From: Candidatus Acidiferrum sp.
GTDB taxonomy: Archaea > Thermoproteota > Bathyarchaeia > Bathyarchaeales > Bathycorpusculaceae
Assembly (NCBI GenBank): GCA_035623315.1
Contig: DASPTR010000189.1
Span: forward strand, 1 to 55,998
DNA: 55,998 bases
Direction of reading: 5' to 3'
Positions 54,168-55,998 of the stretch are shown here, one piece after another. The translations under genes were made by a program, and so were the position numbers. Numbering within the stretch: position 1 is the first letter of the stretch; the number at the start of each line of letters is the position of its first letter. The notes below the pieces were generated by a model. The model saw only the letters and a program-made list of their open reading frames with translations, did not search any database and was not told the origin of the DNA.

Positions 54168-54434
54168 TTTTGTTGGTTTATTACGATTTCTCTCGATGAA
54201 ATATTAGCTTTGGCGCGGCATCAGCCCGTTTCGCCAATAAATCACCGTAGGATGCATTTGTCTCGTCTTCGTAATTTCCATTATTCCGTTGTTTCTCTGG
54301 GGCCAAGACTACTGTTTTGAGACAGATGTTGCTAAAAGAAGCCAGTGCTGCGTTGTCCTTTTCAAGACTTCTTAACTGGACCTTAACGGTCAAATATGGG
54401 ATAATCATCACTACGTCATTTCCCTTTAGATTGT

Positions 54435-55682
54435 TTGGGCGGATCATTGTTGTTTGACGAGTACAAAGGGTTGCCAATCCAGGCGAAGTATCTCGTTTAC
54501 TCAATGATATTGCCATCCCTTGCTCTGGGCATGTTCTATACGGACATTTCCTACTTCTTGACGACGGTTCAGGGCGTGTCCTATGCGTTAATGGGAGTCG
54601 TCATAAGCGTTATGGGAGTATCCACTTTCGTCGCGAGTATCCCCCTGGGAATTGCGGCTGACAGGTATGGGAAAAGAAAACTGCTGATAATCGGCAACGT
54701 GATAGCAAGTGCCATAGTCGCGATTTTCGCTCTAACTACAAATCCAGCGATATTGTTGGTCGCCGCAATCTTCGAAGGGGTTTCTGAGGGAGCCTTCGCG
54801 GCATCATCAAGTGCATTGATCGCAGAGAAGGCAGGAGACGAGAGGAGAACTAGTGTCTTTTCATTGTTCGGCTTCGCACAGGGCATAGCCTTCGGCATTG
54901 GAAGCTTCATTATACCTGTTGTAGTGGTTTTTCAGATCTTGGGGTTCAGCACCAGAGAAAGCCACGTTGTGCTCTATGTTATTCTTGCCTCCCTGAGCTT
55001 GGCTTCAACGCTCATCATGCTCAAAATCACGGAGTCCAATGTGAAAAGAGAAACGCGGGCTTTCAACATAATTCGGACGCTTGCTAACATGAAATCGAAA
55101 GACGTCCTGATAAAATTCGTTGTTGCCAGTGCAATAATTGCTTTCGGCGCAGGCATCATCGTGCCCTTAATGACTGCCTGGATGAAGGCACAATATGGTA
55201 TTTCTGACTCGTTAAGCGGCCCAATATTGGGCGTGGCAAACATAGTAATCGGAGTGGCAACGCTGGCAGCACCAGCGCTCTCCAGAAAGCTGGGCTTAGT
55301 CAAGGCTATCGTGGTGACTCAGGCCATTTCAACAGGGTTCATGTTTGCTACTCCACTCTGCCCAGATTATGTCTCAGCAAGTATCGTGTATACGTCTAGG
55401 GCGTTTTTGATGAACATGTCAAGCCCGCTTCAACAATCGATGATAATGGGGTTGGTCGCAGAGGATGAACGCGGGGTCGCCTCAGGAATAAGCGCCGCAC
55501 TATGGAGGTTGCCTAACGCACTGAGCAGTTTCATCGGTGCTTGGCTGATCGGTGCAGGATTGTTGGCAGAACCCTTCTTCTTGGCCGGACTGTTTTATGC
55601 AGTCTCAATTGCTTTATTCTGGATTTATTTCCGAGAAACAAAGATGCCGGAAGAATCCTCAACAGAAACAATTAAAGATTAG
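54435..55682 (+). CDS. Major facilitator superfamily transporter
   Basis: About 12 TM, with MFS motif A GIAADRYGKRKLL between TM2 and TM3. The TTG start is uncertain. Confidence 0.8.
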   Translation: MGGSLLFDEYKGLPIQAKYLVYSMILPSLALGMFYTDISYFLTTVQGVSYALMGVVISVMGVSTFVASIPLGIAADRYGKRKLLIIGNVIASAIVAIFALTTNPAILLVAAIFEGVSEGAFAASSSALIAEKAGDERRTSVFSLFGFAQGIAFGIGSFIIPVVVVFQILGFSTRESHVVLYVILASLSLASTLIMLKITESNVKRETRAFNIIRTLANMKSKDVLIKFVVASAIIAFGAGIIVPLMTAWMKAQYGISDSLSGPILGVANIVIGVATLAAPALSRKLGLVKAIVVTQAISTGFMFATPLCPDYVSASIVYTSRAFLMNMSSPLQQSMIMGLVAEDERGVASGISAALWRLPNALSSFIGAWLIGAGLLAEPFFLAGLFYAVSIALFWIYFRETKMPEESSTETIKD

Positions 55683-55754
55683 ATAAACGTGAGTTCCCGC
55701 CAAGAAGCCTTTGGAACCTCGCCGCCCAACTGAGGAGGATTCTAGTTTGTCTTT

Positions 55755-55998
55755 TTATTCCTTCTTGGTTCTGACGATTTTCATTCTACCCATTATTTTC
55801 CAGTACTCGATCTCTACCCCAGGCACAAGCTTCGCCTTCAACTCTTCGTCCTGCGGATATGGAGCATCCAGATACTCGTAGGTTTCAAGGTCCATTATCT
55901 GAATTCCTGACGGATTGACTGCGAAGACCTGCCCCGTCCTCTTGTCGATAATGGGCACTTCAGTATTCAAGTCAACCGGCTTGACGAATTGCCTCTTT
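55755..55998 (-). CDS. eif5a: Translation initiation factor 5A (aIF5A), C-terminal part. The N-terminus lies beyond the window end.
   Basis: The frame stays open to the window edge (KRQFVKPVDLNTEVPIIDKRTGQVFAV..IQIMDLETYEYLD...EIEYWKIMGRMKI), which matches the OB domain of aIF5A. The TTG start in the track is an artefact of truncation. Confidence 0.75.
   Translation of the reverse strand, partial: KRQFVKPVDLNTEVPIIDKRTGQVFAVNPSGIQIMDLETYEYLDAPYPQDEELKAKLVPGVEIEYWKIMGRMKIVRTKKE

Noticed and set aside
54181-54516. A 111-aa minus-strand ORF upstream of the HAD hydrolase gene. A shorter version runs from the ATG at 54408.
   Set aside because: The long form overlaps the MFS transporter start. 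The sequence has no recognisable domain and is compositionally odd. It could be a real protein of about 75 aa, but the evidence is insufficient.

Overview
This looks like an archaeal chromosome segment. It carries archaeal and eukaryote-type information-processing genes, and both Gins23-type and Gins51-type subunits, which suggests a TACK-like lineage. I found no rRNA, tRNA, CRISPR array, transposase or integrase. Most of the window is core genome. The replisome genes are rfcS-rfcL, gins23-mcm, gins51-priS and priL-pcna. The translation and RNA genes are aIF2alpha-nop10, S27e, L44e, L10e, L21e, rpoF, rpoL, csl4, TFS, SRP54, Pus10, KsgA, Dph2 and a partial aIF5A. Also present are a glutamate module (GltB-like, stand-alone RAM protein, gdhA), ppsA, two PAC2-type proteasome chaperone paralogs and Hsp20. 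The clearly accessory part is a glycosylation island of about 16.7 kb (15.3-32.0 kb) lying between priS and priL. It holds four copies of a DUF2029/GT87-like GT-C membrane module, each paired with an extracytoplasmic domain of about 340 aa that I cannot place. Two copies are fused (both 874 aa) and two are split into overlapping gene pairs. The island also has GT2 and GT4 genes, two Dpm1-like synthases, and visible decay products of a segmental duplication: a GT2 with an in-frame deletion, a GT4 fragment, and a paralog whose ATG has mutated. An orphan archaeosortase lies just outside the island. Other points are a roughly 135-bp dimeric repeat present twice in inverted orientation about 10 kb apart (42.9 and 53.1 kb), a candidate C/D box sRNA, a nop10 gene missing from the ORF track, an RNase III-like mini-protein, and a GNAT with a cross-brace zinc finger. 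All family calls rest on motif recognition by eye in the translations, and no database search was run.
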